Positions 15,251 to 23,897 of a stretch of 28,105 bases of DNA are shown here, one piece after another (the first letter of the stretch is position 1; each line of letters starts with the position of its first letter). The stretch covers positions 1 through 28,105 of the IMG/VR virus record IMGVR_UViG_3300005805_000360; one strand, 5' to 3'. The translations under genes and the position numbers were made by a program. The notes beneath the pieces are model-generated. The model made no database searches. It worked only from the letters and a program-made list of their open reading frames with translations, and was not told where the DNA came from. The DNA is from a virus. Its lineage: Duplodnaviria > Caudoviricetes.

Positions 15251-15590
15251 CTACAAAGGTTTCCAATGTCATTGCTTTATCATCGATATACCACACACCG
15301 TATGGCTTACCAAACACGAGCTGATCGAACGGAACGTCATTGCGATCAAGCCATTCTTCAGTGATTTTACTGAGCTTGCTGAAAGCAAACTCCACATCAT
15401 TTCCACACGTGCGCATGTGACGCGCAGTAAGGATGGTGATGTACCAACCCTTATCACGCGCCTCACGAAGTTTATTGATTGTTGCTGGGATAGGTGTCGA
15501 TGACGCATAACGAACGACTGAACTCTCGATCAGAAGATCGTTCATACACAGAGTATGATCTAGATCAACGACTAGGCTTTGATCAAACAA
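15234..15590 (-). CDS. Minimal HAD-superfamily phosphatase (capsule-biosynthesis EcbF/BcbF-like)
   Basis: Motif I VVDLDHTL, motif II ILTARHM, motifs III/IV FGKPYGVWYIDDKA. Probable TTG start at 15590 (the ORF track extends to 15659). Confidence 0.85.
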   Translation of the reverse strand: MFDQSLVVDLDHTLCMNDLLIESSVVRYASSTPIPATINKLREARDKGWYITILTARHMRTCGNDVEFAFSKLSKITEEWLDRNDVPFDQLVFGKPYGVWYIDDKAMTLETFVDEFNP

Positions 15591-17157
15591 TTCCGCTGTC
15601 TGAGCGCGCCTGACGATAGAGGGCATAATACAACTCCTGATTTCTTTCACTGTGATCATGTAATGGTATCATAGTCAAAAACAGAGACGCTGTCAAGAAC
15701 AAAGTGATCCGCCAAGTCTTTTCACCATACTTATCGATGAATAGAGTCTTATATGCGTTCCTGGCTGCTTCTTTGCCAGCATCGAAGTAGATAGTCTTGC
15801 CATCTTTATTTAGATAAAGCTCTGCATCCACATAATCATATGGATAATAGGCTGAATGAGTAATCTTGGCTAAGTCGTATAGGATATTACCATAAGCTTC
15901 ACCACGAGGATCAATCAGCTTGATTTGCTTGCTGCCGGGATGATAAAAGATGTTCGAGAAGCATAGATCACCGTGAAACAAAGAATCTTGGAAAACATCA
16001 AACTCACCGTCGGCGGTCATATTAGCAAACTTCGACAGAAATTCTGAATCAAATTCTGAATCATCTTCATACGCGAACTTATGACTGATCGTAATGTATC
16101 TTTCGTAGTTCTTAGTCGCTACATTATGAAAGAACTGAGGCTTGCCTGGCTTGAAGTAGAACTTGAATTTATCAGTCACTTTGAATAACTTCGTGTAGAT
16201 TTCAGCCCAGAAGATAGGATCTGATTCGAGATATAGATACAGCTCGCGAAGAGTCGGACTATCGACACGTTCCATTGTGTATGTCGGACGATCACCATAC
16301 AAGTTCTTATCCAGGATGCGAGGCGTCATCACCTTAATTGAAGTCGGAAGATTATCATACCAATTAGCTTCAGCATGAATCTTGCTGGGTTGTACGATAG
16401 ACGTCTTCGTGATCGTAGCACCATCGCTGGATGGAAACAATTGATTGAACGATCGAGAATTCTTTATTCCACGATTCTCAAGATACTCCTGCAACGTACC
16501 AAAGTCAACGATCTTAACTGATTTAGAGTAGATTGATTCTTTCTTCATGTATCGAGTCATCGCAGAAGATATCTGAACTTCTCCTTCTTTTGTGCCATGA
16601 ATTGCGTCAATCATACAACTACGAAACCAAGAAGCATCAGTGAAATAATAAACTCCGCTAACAGCAGTATCTGTTGCTGGCATATCTCGCGGTTTGTCGT
16701 GGAATTTAACTACAGCTCCTGCGTTGAGTTCAGCCATACACCAGCGTTCCCAATCAGGAACCTTTTGTACTGAAATCCAAGATGTACGAGAATCAGTAAA
16801 CGGTGCGTGATTCACAACGATATCACTGAGTAGAATCAATACAGCTTCTTCACCGATGTCTTCCGGAAGACCAGAATAGATAGAAACACCAGGACCATCC
16901 CTTCCCGCAGCTTCAGCGTATTCCGCAAAGCGAACTCGCGAGTCGTCAGGAAAATACATTCCGACGATCTCGCGAATCTTATTTGCTTGATGTCCGACAA
17001 CGATACATACTTCACGAGCACCGCTATCAAATGCGAGCCTAATGTTATGTACGATGATAGGAATATCTTGATACGGTAAAACGCACTTCGGATAGTTCTT
17101 ACCTAGTTCATTGAAACGAACACCACGTCCAGCGGCAGGAATCACACAATACATCAT
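15583..17157 (-). CDS. Fusion of sugar-phosphate nucleotidyltransferase and APH/choline-kinase-like phosphotransferase
   Basis: N-terminal IPAAGRGVRF..LGKNYPKCVLP, LSD, DKP, SGVYYF, GEVQIS, DFGT; C-terminal RSFN, EANWY, FHGDLCFSNI, KLIDPRG, YDLAKI. Confidence 0.88.
   Translation of the reverse strand: MMYCVIPAAGRGVRFNELGKNYPKCVLPYQDIPIIVHNIRLAFDSGAREVCIVVGHQANKIREIVGMYFPDDSRVRFAEYAEAAGRDGPGVSIYSGLPEDIGEEAVLILLSDIVVNHAPFTDSRTSWISVQKVPDWERWCMAELNAGAVVKFHDKPRDMPATDTAVSGVYYFTDASWFRSCMIDAIHGTKEGEVQISSAMTRYMKKESIYSKSVKIVDFGTLQEYLENRGIKNSRSFNQLFPSSDGATITKTSIVQPSKIHAEANWYDNLPTSIKVMTPRILDKNLYGDRPTYTMERVDSPTLRELYLYLESDPIFWAEIYTKLFKVTDKFKFYFKPGKPQFFHNVATKNYERYITISHKFAYEDDSEFDSEFLSKFANMTADGEFDVFQDSLFHGDLCFSNIFYHPGSKQIKLIDPRGEAYGNILYDLAKITHSAYYPYDYVDAELYLNKDGKTIYFDAGKEAARNAYKTLFIDKYGEKTWRITLFLTASLFLTMIPLHDHSERNQELYYALYRQARSDSGIV
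15668..15696 (-). promoter_or_regulatory. Candidate internal promoter for the HAD and glycosyltransferase genes
   Basis: TTGACA(15696-15691)-17 nt-TATGAT(15673-15668) in the 3' end of the kinase gene. Confidence 0.55.
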
Positions 17158-17167
17158 AAGCCCTTTT

Positions 17168-18553
17168 CTAATGAACTTGATCAAGTCCTAATTTATATAG
17201 GATTCCGTTTGCTTCTTCAGCAAATCCATTATGTCCTAAGAAATTAGCCCACTCTTCGGTGTCCCACATGTTAGGAGAAACACCATTCCATCCTTGATGC
17301 CATAGCTTATGTTCTTTATCATCACGACGAGAATAAACAAATCGCCTGCGCGTATCCTCATACTTTGCTGAACCGCAATTCAACATAGACTCTCGGAAAT
17401 ACATCACGACCGACATACGCTCGAAGCCTTCTTCATGATTGAAAGCAGGGGAGTTAGAATGGATACGATGAGCGTTCATCATAATCAAATCACCGGCGCG
17501 AATGTTAGCTGCCACACGAAACTCCGGAAAGCACAAATAGAATCCGTCATAGTCTTTGCCGTTATCTAAGACTAGAAGATTACTGAATCCTTTCGGATTT
17601 TCATGCGACTCCCACGACTCACATAGATCACCGACGTCACGATGCGCTGCTGTACGGAAATCGCGATTGATAGTTAGAGTGGTGTAAACAGTATCGCCTA
17701 TGCGCCAATCTTCACCGAGTTGTTCCATAGCAGCTGCTTGTCCAGCCCAACGCACAGGCACTTCGCGCTTGAACACTTCGTTTGCTGCGTGAAACAGAGG
17801 GAGAGAAGTCTTATACAAATCTTTATGATTTGCGCTCCAACCTGTTTCACGGCAGAATGGAATGCGTGGATATCTATCCATGAATCCACCGACTCCCGAA
17901 CGAACACCATTAGCATATGTCGAGGAAGAAATTAATTCATCAAGAATAAACTGAGATCTTTCTACTCGTTCAGTAGCGGATAGATCTTTGATACTATGAA
18001 ACCATTCGTCAAAATTAAATTCTGTGGTCTTATGAACAATCCAGATAGCTCCAGATCCAATCTCTGCGAGATTCTTATTAGCACCAGAGCCTCTTCCCTG
18101 CAAAGGCTTATTCGGAGTGTTCTCGTATATTTCTAGCAGACGATCATTACCATTAACAGTAGGTGGACTACCAGCCATAATATATTGAAGAACAGCCTTT
18201 TCTCGCTGTGTGACCCAACGACGCTGTCCTTGACCATCTGGAAGTTTTTGGAATTCAGTATCCCTCTCGATACCAGCAGCCAAACCACGATTGTCTGACA
18301 TCATTGCGCCAGAACGAAGAGCGGTGTATGCGCTATCTGTCATTTCCTTAGAAAAAACATTCTTACGAAACTTACACAACAAATTCTTTTCGCTGTGTGT
18401 TTCGCCCATCATGATTTGAAGTGGCGTCAGTGGCTCGTACACATCAGTGTCTTCATTCAAGACAAGATCGTAACAATCGTGATCCAAAAACTTACCCAGA
18501 ACATGATCCATCTGATCGCGGAAAGACTTTTCGAGATAGATTACTTTTACCAT
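17168..18553 (-). CDS. TET/JBP-family 2-oxoglutarate/Fe(II) nucleic-acid dioxygenase
   Basis: YTTLTINRDFRTAAHRDVGD (HxD), YLCFPEFRVAANIRAGDLIMMNAHRIHSN (distal His), ERMSVVMYFRESM (2OG-binding Arg), and DRYPRIPFCRET. Confidence 0.88.
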   Translation of the reverse strand: MVKVIYLEKSFRDQMDHVLGKFLDHDCYDLVLNEDTDVYEPLTPLQIMMGETHSEKNLLCKFRKNVFSKEMTDSAYTALRSGAMMSDNRGLAAGIERDTEFQKLPDGQGQRRWVTQREKAVLQYIMAGSPPTVNGNDRLLEIYENTPNKPLQGRGSGANKNLAEIGSGAIWIVHKTTEFNFDEWFHSIKDLSATERVERSQFILDELISSSTYANGVRSGVGGFMDRYPRIPFCRETGWSANHKDLYKTSLPLFHAANEVFKREVPVRWAGQAAAMEQLGEDWRIGDTVYTTLTINRDFRTAAHRDVGDLCESWESHENPKGFSNLLVLDNGKDYDGFYLCFPEFRVAANIRAGDLIMMNAHRIHSNSPAFNHEEGFERMSVVMYFRESMLNCGSAKYEDTRRRFVYSRRDDKEHKLWHQGWNGVSPNMWDTEEWANFLGHNGFAEEANGILYKLGLDQVH

Positions 18554-18576
18554 AAATGCTCCTTAAAATCCTATCT

Positions 18577-19155
18577 CTATGTATGCTTCAGAAGATTTTC
18601 ATATGTGTTATAATACACATTTATAGCACAAATTTTGCTAATTGTCAAGTCACTTGGAAAAAGAAAGATGAAGTCTACATCAGGATTTTTATTCACGAGC
18701 CATGTCAAATAATTTAGGCGACCAGGATTATCTGCTGCGTTCGCTCGCGTGCTAGGACCATAATTATCGGAGCCATCATAGATGTTCGAAAGGAGCTGAT
18801 TGTCATCTTCAATAAGAAAATCAAATCCCAAACAAATTAACTGATCATGACCAGCCTTGATAGATTCGATCATAGCATTCATTCCTGCGTTGCTACGAGG
18901 CCTCCCGATATTGCATTCGGAAGGCTCCCATCGCTCATCGATAGGCGGAATAACAACTTTCGATGACGGAAAATCGCTACGCTCTATCTCTTGAATAATG
19001 CCGTCATCAATAGCAACAAGCACATCAGGAATAGAATGATCCGGAAAATCGCGATACAAGGCGTTACAGCCATATATCGTCCCATATTGTTTGAGTCTAG
19101 ATAAATCTATTCCCTCGCGAGAAGTGCCATTACCAATGATGAAAGCAGTATTCAT
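18577..19155 (-). CDS. DUF115/Maf-like (GNGxS motif) putative glycosyltransferase-fold protein
   Basis: AFIIGNGTSR, YGCNALYRD, PDVLVAID, SNAGMNA, ICLGFDF motifs. Confidence 0.65.
   Translation of the reverse strand: MNTAFIIGNGTSREGIDLSRLKQYGTIYGCNALYRDFPDHSIPDVLVAIDDGIIQEIERSDFPSSKVVIPPIDERWEPSECNIGRPRSNAGMNAMIESIKAGHDQLICLGFDFLIEDDNQLLSNIYDGSDNYGPSTRANAADNPGRLNYLTWLVNKNPDVDFIFLFPSDLTISKICAINVYYNTYENLLKHT
18620..18648 (-). promoter_or_regulatory. Candidate promoter for the TET/JBP operon
   Basis: TTGACA(18648-18643)-17 nt-TATAAA; the -10 region TATAAATG is also a 7/8 match to the T4 late promoter TATAAATA. Confidence 0.6.
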
Positions 19156-19634
19156 TTCTTCGCCTTTATCTTCTTATCATTAATCTCTACATTATCATCA
19201 ACAATTGGCCAATTCGCTGTTAGAGTAGGAAACGCTTCCCTGACAGCATCCATACGAATAGTCAGTTTTCTGTTTTTCATTCTAAGAAGCAATAGCGCAT
19301 CACGAGGATCGATAGATTCTAAAACTTGAATGAATAGATTTTCTCTACGCAATTGATTGACTTCACGTCCTTCATCACTATCTACAAAATATATCAGTTT
19401 CTTGCATTCAATGTAAAGTCGTCCTTCCTGATCTGCTGCATCAAACAATGGCTTGTATGGAGGATCTCCAGGAGGAAGCAACCACTTGCATCCAGGATCC
19501 ATACCATAACCAATTATCGTCTTCAGCGCATATGAACTATGCAATCTTAGAAAGTCGATTTGTCTTTCTTTAGTAGTCTGAGCTTCGATCTTCCCAATGA
19601 TACTGGAAAGAGCAACGTTAGTATTAATTGCCAT
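19152..19634 (-). CDS. Conserved T4-like hypothetical protein (DUF6433-like)
   Basis: WLLPPGDPPYKP and RRENLFIQVLESIDPRDALLL; start MAINT after AAGGAG. Confidence 0.75.
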   Translation of the reverse strand: MAINTNVALSSIIGKIEAQTTKERQIDFLRLHSSYALKTIIGYGMDPGCKWLLPPGDPPYKPLFDAADQEGRLYIECKKLIYFVDSDEGREVNQLRRENLFIQVLESIDPRDALLLLRMKNRKLTIRMDAVREAFPTLTANWPIVDDNVEINDKKIKAKK

Positions 19635-19926
19635 CAATGTTCTCCTTGTTGTAGTCAATTACATTTATAAACTTTTTCTTGTCTTTATCTGACCAACTGC
19701 GCAAATAATCATTGTCTTGATTAAAAATATCAAGATATTGTTCTTCTGAGATTTCTCTATGAGAACATATAAGATAACCAAGATGTTGCTGACTAAACTC
19801 TTCGAAGTCTACGTCGTCTTCACGACACACAACTTCATCAAGCGCATGATTAATGTCATCTTCTACTTCTACAACAAAACGAACTCGATGCTGTGAAATA
19901 GTTTCGACAAGAACAAGTTTCTTCAT
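19624..19926 (-). CDS. Hypothetical phage protein
   Basis: MKKLVLVETISQHRVRFVVEV, EFSQQHLG; 100 aa. Confidence 0.75.
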   Translation of the reverse strand: MKKLVLVETISQHRVRFVVEVEDDINHALDEVVCREDDVDFEEFSQQHLGYLICSHREISEEQYLDIFNQDNDYLRSWSDKDKKKFINVIDYNKENIDGN

Positions 19927-20411
19927 TAAATATCGCCTTCCTTACGATTCTCAGAATAAAATGCATCAAACGTTCCACCAGGATATCGCGACTTCAGCTT
20001 CTCTACATTCTGGGCAACAACTTCGTTAGGATCGAGCTGGAGCGCATTGCAAGCATTAGCCCAATACCAAATAACATCACCAAGTTCTTTCTTGAGATGC
20101 TCTCGCGTTTCGTCGGTGTACGGCTTACCCTGGAACAATACCTTCTTGACGATTTCTTGCGCTTCACCAGCTTCGCTTGTCAGACCGATGAGGGATGTCA
20201 GCAGCAGCGAAACATTAAGATGATCATTCGTATAATGTAACTGCGCTGCACGAGCGATAAAGTCACCCATCGAACGACTTTCCACACTCGTCACACCCAT
20301 AACGAATTTAGAATATCGACTCATATCAATAGCGGCATTAGTCGGAACGGAAATCGCTTCAATCAATTCAGCTGCATTATTATTCAAGTTAGTAGATTCG
20401 TTCATGTTCAT
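19926..20411 (-). CDS. MazG-like nucleotide pyrophosphohydrolase
   Basis: GLTSEAGEAQEIVKK, KELGDVIWY, NVEKLKSRYPGG; start adjusted to MNMN after AAGGA. Confidence 0.88.
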   Translation of the reverse strand: MNMNESTNLNNNAAELIEAISVPTNAAIDMSRYSKFVMGVTSVESRSMGDFIARAAQLHYTNDHLNVSLLLTSLIGLTSEAGEAQEIVKKVLFQGKPYTDETREHLKKELGDVIWYWANACNALQLDPNEVVAQNVEKLKSRYPGGTFDAFYSENRKEGDI

Positions 20412-20472
20412 TATCAGTTCCTTGTTGTTGTAGGGATATTGAATGAAATTGGCTTCAACGGCGAAACTCATT

Positions 20473-21333
20473 TTAGAACTCCGATATGGCTTCAGTCAAG
20501 GTACGAAGTCGATGCTTTACGAAATAATTGAATATCTTATTTCTAGGCTGACGTTCATAGCTATCATATGTTTCTATGATATGATTCTGTAAAGTATCAG
20601 GAATGCAATCTAGATCAACTAGCATCTTATTGCGATAATAGTTGCGCAACATTTCTCCTGTGCAATATGCTTCAGGTTCCATCAGAGTCCATTCTTCTAG
20701 CTTCTTTTTAGACAAAGGCTTTTGTCTAGCGCCCGAAACAAACGTATCGTCTGCTGATAGGAAGTTCGGTACACCATCACCACTATCTCCCTGCAAGATG
20801 TGATACTGTTTGAATCGCTCTGGATTTACGTCAGGCGTGACATACTTCTTACCTACGGGTGAATACTGAACAACGTTCGAGAACTTCTGCAGTTGTGCGA
20901 AATCTTTGTCGCCAGACACAATGAGGATCTTTTCGTTTCCGCCTAGAAACACTCCGCGAGTATTACAGATAGCTCCGATGATATCATCTGCTTCTGCGCC
21001 TTCAAAACGAAGAACGGGATATGGCATATTTTCTTGAATTTCGTCGCGGATCTTATGGAGCGATTCGAAGATCAGCGACCAGTTGTGCTCAGACTTATCA
21101 CGAGACTTTTTACGATTAGCCTTATAGTGTGGGAAAGTTGTACGCCTCCAATATGAAGGTCCGTCACAACAGATCACAAGCTCGCCGTAGGTACTACCAA
21201 ACTTCTGCTTGTACATACGCAAGCTCGACAGAACCATATGGCGAACCATATCCTCATCGAGCTTGCTTTCATTATTAGCCAACTGCATCATGATATTTGA
21301 TATCATCACCTGGCTGAAATCAACGAGAATCAT
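20473..21333 (-). CDS. rnh: T4-like RNase H (5'-3' exonuclease/flap endonuclease)
   Basis: MILVDFSQ, YWRR..FPHYKANRKK, EADDIIG, SGDKDFAQLQ, GDSGDGVPN, NYYRNKMLVDL. Confidence 0.95.
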   Translation of the reverse strand: MILVDFSQVMISNIMMQLANNESKLDEDMVRHMVLSSLRMYKQKFGSTYGELVICCDGPSYWRRTTFPHYKANRKKSRDKSEHNWSLIFESLHKIRDEIQENMPYPVLRFEGAEADDIIGAICNTRGVFLGGNEKILIVSGDKDFAQLQKFSNVVQYSPVGKKYVTPDVNPERFKQYHILQGDSGDGVPNFLSADDTFVSGARQKPLSKKKLEEWTLMEPEAYCTGEMLRNYYRNKMLVDLDCIPDTLQNHIIETYDSYERQPRNKIFNYFVKHRLRTLTEAISEF

Positions 21334-21355
21334 GCTTCACTCCATTTCATAACAT

Positions 21356-21384
21356 ATAGTACCATATCAAAGGGAGAATGTCAA
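21356..21384 (-). promoter_or_regulatory. Sigma70-type promoter for rnh
   Basis: TTGACA(21384-21379)-17 nt-TACTAT(21361-21356), with TG just upstream of the -10 box. Confidence 0.7.
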
Positions 21385-21388
21385 CAAC

Positions 21389-21769
21389 TTAATTGTCGTT
21401 GTCACCATCTTCATCATCATTGCAGCCAATAAAATCAGTGTATACCGTTGGAGGCTTAACATTCACAGCAGCTTTTACGACTTCCTGTAATGGATGAGAC
21501 ACGCCCATAGTATTAAGGAGCGTAGAACGTAAAGCCTCAACTGTAAAGCCAAAATGCTTATCGAAATCCTCATTGAATATGTCAAACCCCTGTTGGGCTA
21601 ACATATTCACCATATCAATGGCGTAGGTTTCAATAACTTCGTCGATGTATTTACGACGATTCAATTCTTTAGCAGCTTCATCATCAACGGACAGAATAGT
21701 CCTCACGCGAGGACCGGGAAAAATCAAGACGTTGTTATTTGATTGCTCGGAGGAGAATTGTTTGTTCAT
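21389..21769 (-). CDS. Hypothetical protein
   Basis: NVLIFP motif, EALRSTLL..MG..HPLQ, acidic tail. Confidence 0.7.
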   Translation of the reverse strand: MNKQFSSEQSNNNVLIFPGPRVRTILSVDDEAAKELNRRKYIDEVIETYAIDMVNMLAQQGFDIFNEDFDKHFGFTVEALRSTLLNTMGVSHPLQEVVKAAVNVKPPTVYTDFIGCNDDEDGDNDN

Positions 21770-22862
21770 TGATTCTTCCATTCGTGTTTGACGCCTTCGT
21801 TGTTAGGGATTCAAAAGCTCGTTCCGCGGCCTTCGCTGTAGACGTCGTGATAGCAAACAAACTATCCGCTGGCTTACGAAGCTTCTTCTGCTGTGATTTG
21901 TCGGAGTAACCAATAATGGTCGTTCCCTTAACAGACAACCCTTTCGCATCAGACGCAACGTAATGAGCTAGAACATTCGTCTTAGTATTTAGAGCCCAAA
22001 GAGCAGACGCGCCTACGATCTTAGACGGATCAATAGAAACAATCTTAAGATCAGTATGCTCTTTCTGGAACTTAATCTTGGACACAACCTTATCAGCTGT
22101 CTTAGGTTTCTTCAGTCTCTTCTTGCGAACAACAACCTTGCGATTGTTAGAAACCATTGACTCACAATCAGACATCATGCTCTTAAAGAACGATATGCGA
22201 TCCTTGAGCTGCTTCTTATTCATATTACGATAAGCATACTTGAGATCGTCGTCTTTGGTCGTTAGAACTTCTTCTAGCTCTTGCAACCAAGGCTGATAGT
22301 ATTCGGATATGGCTTTAGCTTGAGCAGGCTTGACTTCTTTTTCTTTCAGCCACGTATAGAAGTTCTCGATATTGATAGTACCCTTATCGAGAGCTTCTTC
22401 GACGACACAGATCATGTCGTTTGACGTATTCCGCGCAACAGAAATGGCGTTGGATTTCTTTTCTAGCTTCATGAGCGCTGCGCTCTTACGACACATAGTC
22501 AAGATGCGCTCTTCGAGCTTATTCTTACGATCGTCGTCAGCAAGACCCATAAGGTACATGCGAGCCATAGAAGTCACAGAACTCGACACATGCACGTCAG
22601 GCAAACGATTGAACATAGCCACAGAGGCCTTAGACATATTAGATTCTTTCATGAATTCTAAGATGTACTTGCGACCTTCCTTTGGCTCATAGAAATAGTT
22701 GTACCAGTTATAGGCCTGCATCTCGCGCGAGCGAATCTCGGAATCGTTCAGAAAAGCGATGTCGTCCCACACGGGCTCTCCGCCCATATGATTCGAATCT
22801 AGTCCTCTCGGCAGAATAGCTTTACGTTTCTTGATCTTGACTGTAAGCAAACTCTTAGCCAT
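21735..22862 (-). CDS. Conserved hypothetical T4-like protein, basic
   Basis: 375-aa ORF; GEPVW, AYNWYNY, SIDPSKIVGA..LWALNTK, NGRINEQTILL; AGGAG RBS. Confidence 0.8.
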   Translation of the reverse strand: MAKSLLTVKIKKRKAILPRGLDSNHMGGEPVWDDIAFLNDSEIRSREMQAYNWYNYFYEPKEGRKYILEFMKESNMSKASVAMFNRLPDVHVSSSVTSMARMYLMGLADDDRKNKLEERILTMCRKSAALMKLEKKSNAISVARNTSNDMICVVEEALDKGTINIENFYTWLKEKEVKPAQAKAISEYYQPWLQELEEVLTTKDDDLKYAYRNMNKKQLKDRISFFKSMMSDCESMVSNNRKVVVRKKRLKKPKTADKVVSKIKFQKEHTDLKIVSIDPSKIVGASALWALNTKTNVLAHYVASDAKGLSVKGTTIIGYSDKSQQKKLRKPADSLFAITTSTAKAAERAFESLTTKASNTNGRINEQTILLRAIK

Positions 22863-22885
22863 GTGAATCTCCTACCACTATTACA

Positions 22886-22914
22886 AGTATATCATACGAC
22901 TAGGTGATTGTCAA
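22886..22914 (-). promoter_or_regulatory. Sigma70-type promoter
   Basis: TTGACA(22914-22909)-17 nt-TATACT(22891-22886); the -35 box contains the upstream TGA stop. Confidence 0.8.
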
Positions 22915-23897
22915 GAGTTATTAGTCATTGAGCTTAGGAAATCTTGCCATTGAGAAGCCCGCAAATCCCAGTTGTAATACTTATCGAAATATATCTTCTG
23001 GAGCTTGAGTGTATTCTGATTATGATCTTGCCAAAATCCCTGGATAAGCATATTGAGGATTCCTGCGAACTGATTGGCATGTCGCCCATTATCTTCATCG
23101 AAATTATACATTACGCCAAAATTGGCACATGTTTCGGGAAGAGCTTGGAAATTAGGGCATATCACGCTGCATCCGGCGCTCATAGCCTCGATCACCGAGA
23201 TCGCGCTAGTCTCTGGCCAGATGTTCGGATACGCATAGATGTGCGCTTTCTTGAGAGCTTCGCGCACGACTTCGTTTGACTGATATCCGTGATATGTGAT
23301 GTTAGGACTTCTATTGCATCGATCGAAGAGAGCTTTGTATGGCTCATCGCGTTGCTGCCATCCATAGATCTTGAACGAAGAAAATACGTCAAGATGAAAA
23401 TCTACACCGCGCTCGGCTAGAAATTCTGCAACAGGAACGAGAAGCTCTAATCCTCGATGAGGCGTCGTATGATAAATAAGTCGAATTGTTCCTTTAGGCT
23501 TTTCGTGCTTCTCAATAGGAACAACAGCATTCTGTAGGACTATCCCCTTGGAATAGGGTACATTCAGTCCCATGTTATATGTTGCTTGCTGGTGATTGGA
23601 AACGAACACGAGCTTCTCGAATCGTGCGAGACTCTTAGGATCTTTCAGATGCTGCGACTCTGGATCATCCCATGTGTCATGAAGCCATAAGATGTTTTTC
23701 TTATTGGGATCGATCGCGCGCACGCGAGAACAGATAATGTTGAACTGATCAGTAAGATCTTTAGGAAGTCGCTGCATCAATCCCTGATACATTTGCTCAG
23801 TTCCACCCTTCGAGCCGATATGCTCGAAGGTACCATTATTAGACGGATCGATTTGCGTAGAAGATTCTTTTAGACCAGTGATATTCAGTTTAGTCAT
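22911..23897 (-). CDS. GT4-like (GT-B fold) glycosyltransferase
   Basis: GGTE, WLHD, VFVSNHQ, TPHRGL, and YPNIWPETSAISVIEAMSAGC (ExxxxxxxE). Confidence 0.85.
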   Translation of the reverse strand: MTKLNITGLKESSTQIDPSNNGTFEHIGSKGGTEQMYQGLMQRLPKDLTDQFNIICSRVRAIDPNKKNILWLHDTWDDPESQHLKDPKSLARFEKLVFVSNHQQATYNMGLNVPYSKGIVLQNAVVPIEKHEKPKGTIRLIYHTTPHRGLELLVPVAEFLAERGVDFHLDVFSSFKIYGWQQRDEPYKALFDRCNRSPNITYHGYQSNEVVREALKKAHIYAYPNIWPETSAISVIEAMSAGCSVICPNFQALPETCANFGVMYNFDEDNGRHANQFAGILNMLIQGFWQDHNQNTLKLQKIYFDKYYNWDLRASQWQDFLSSMTNNS

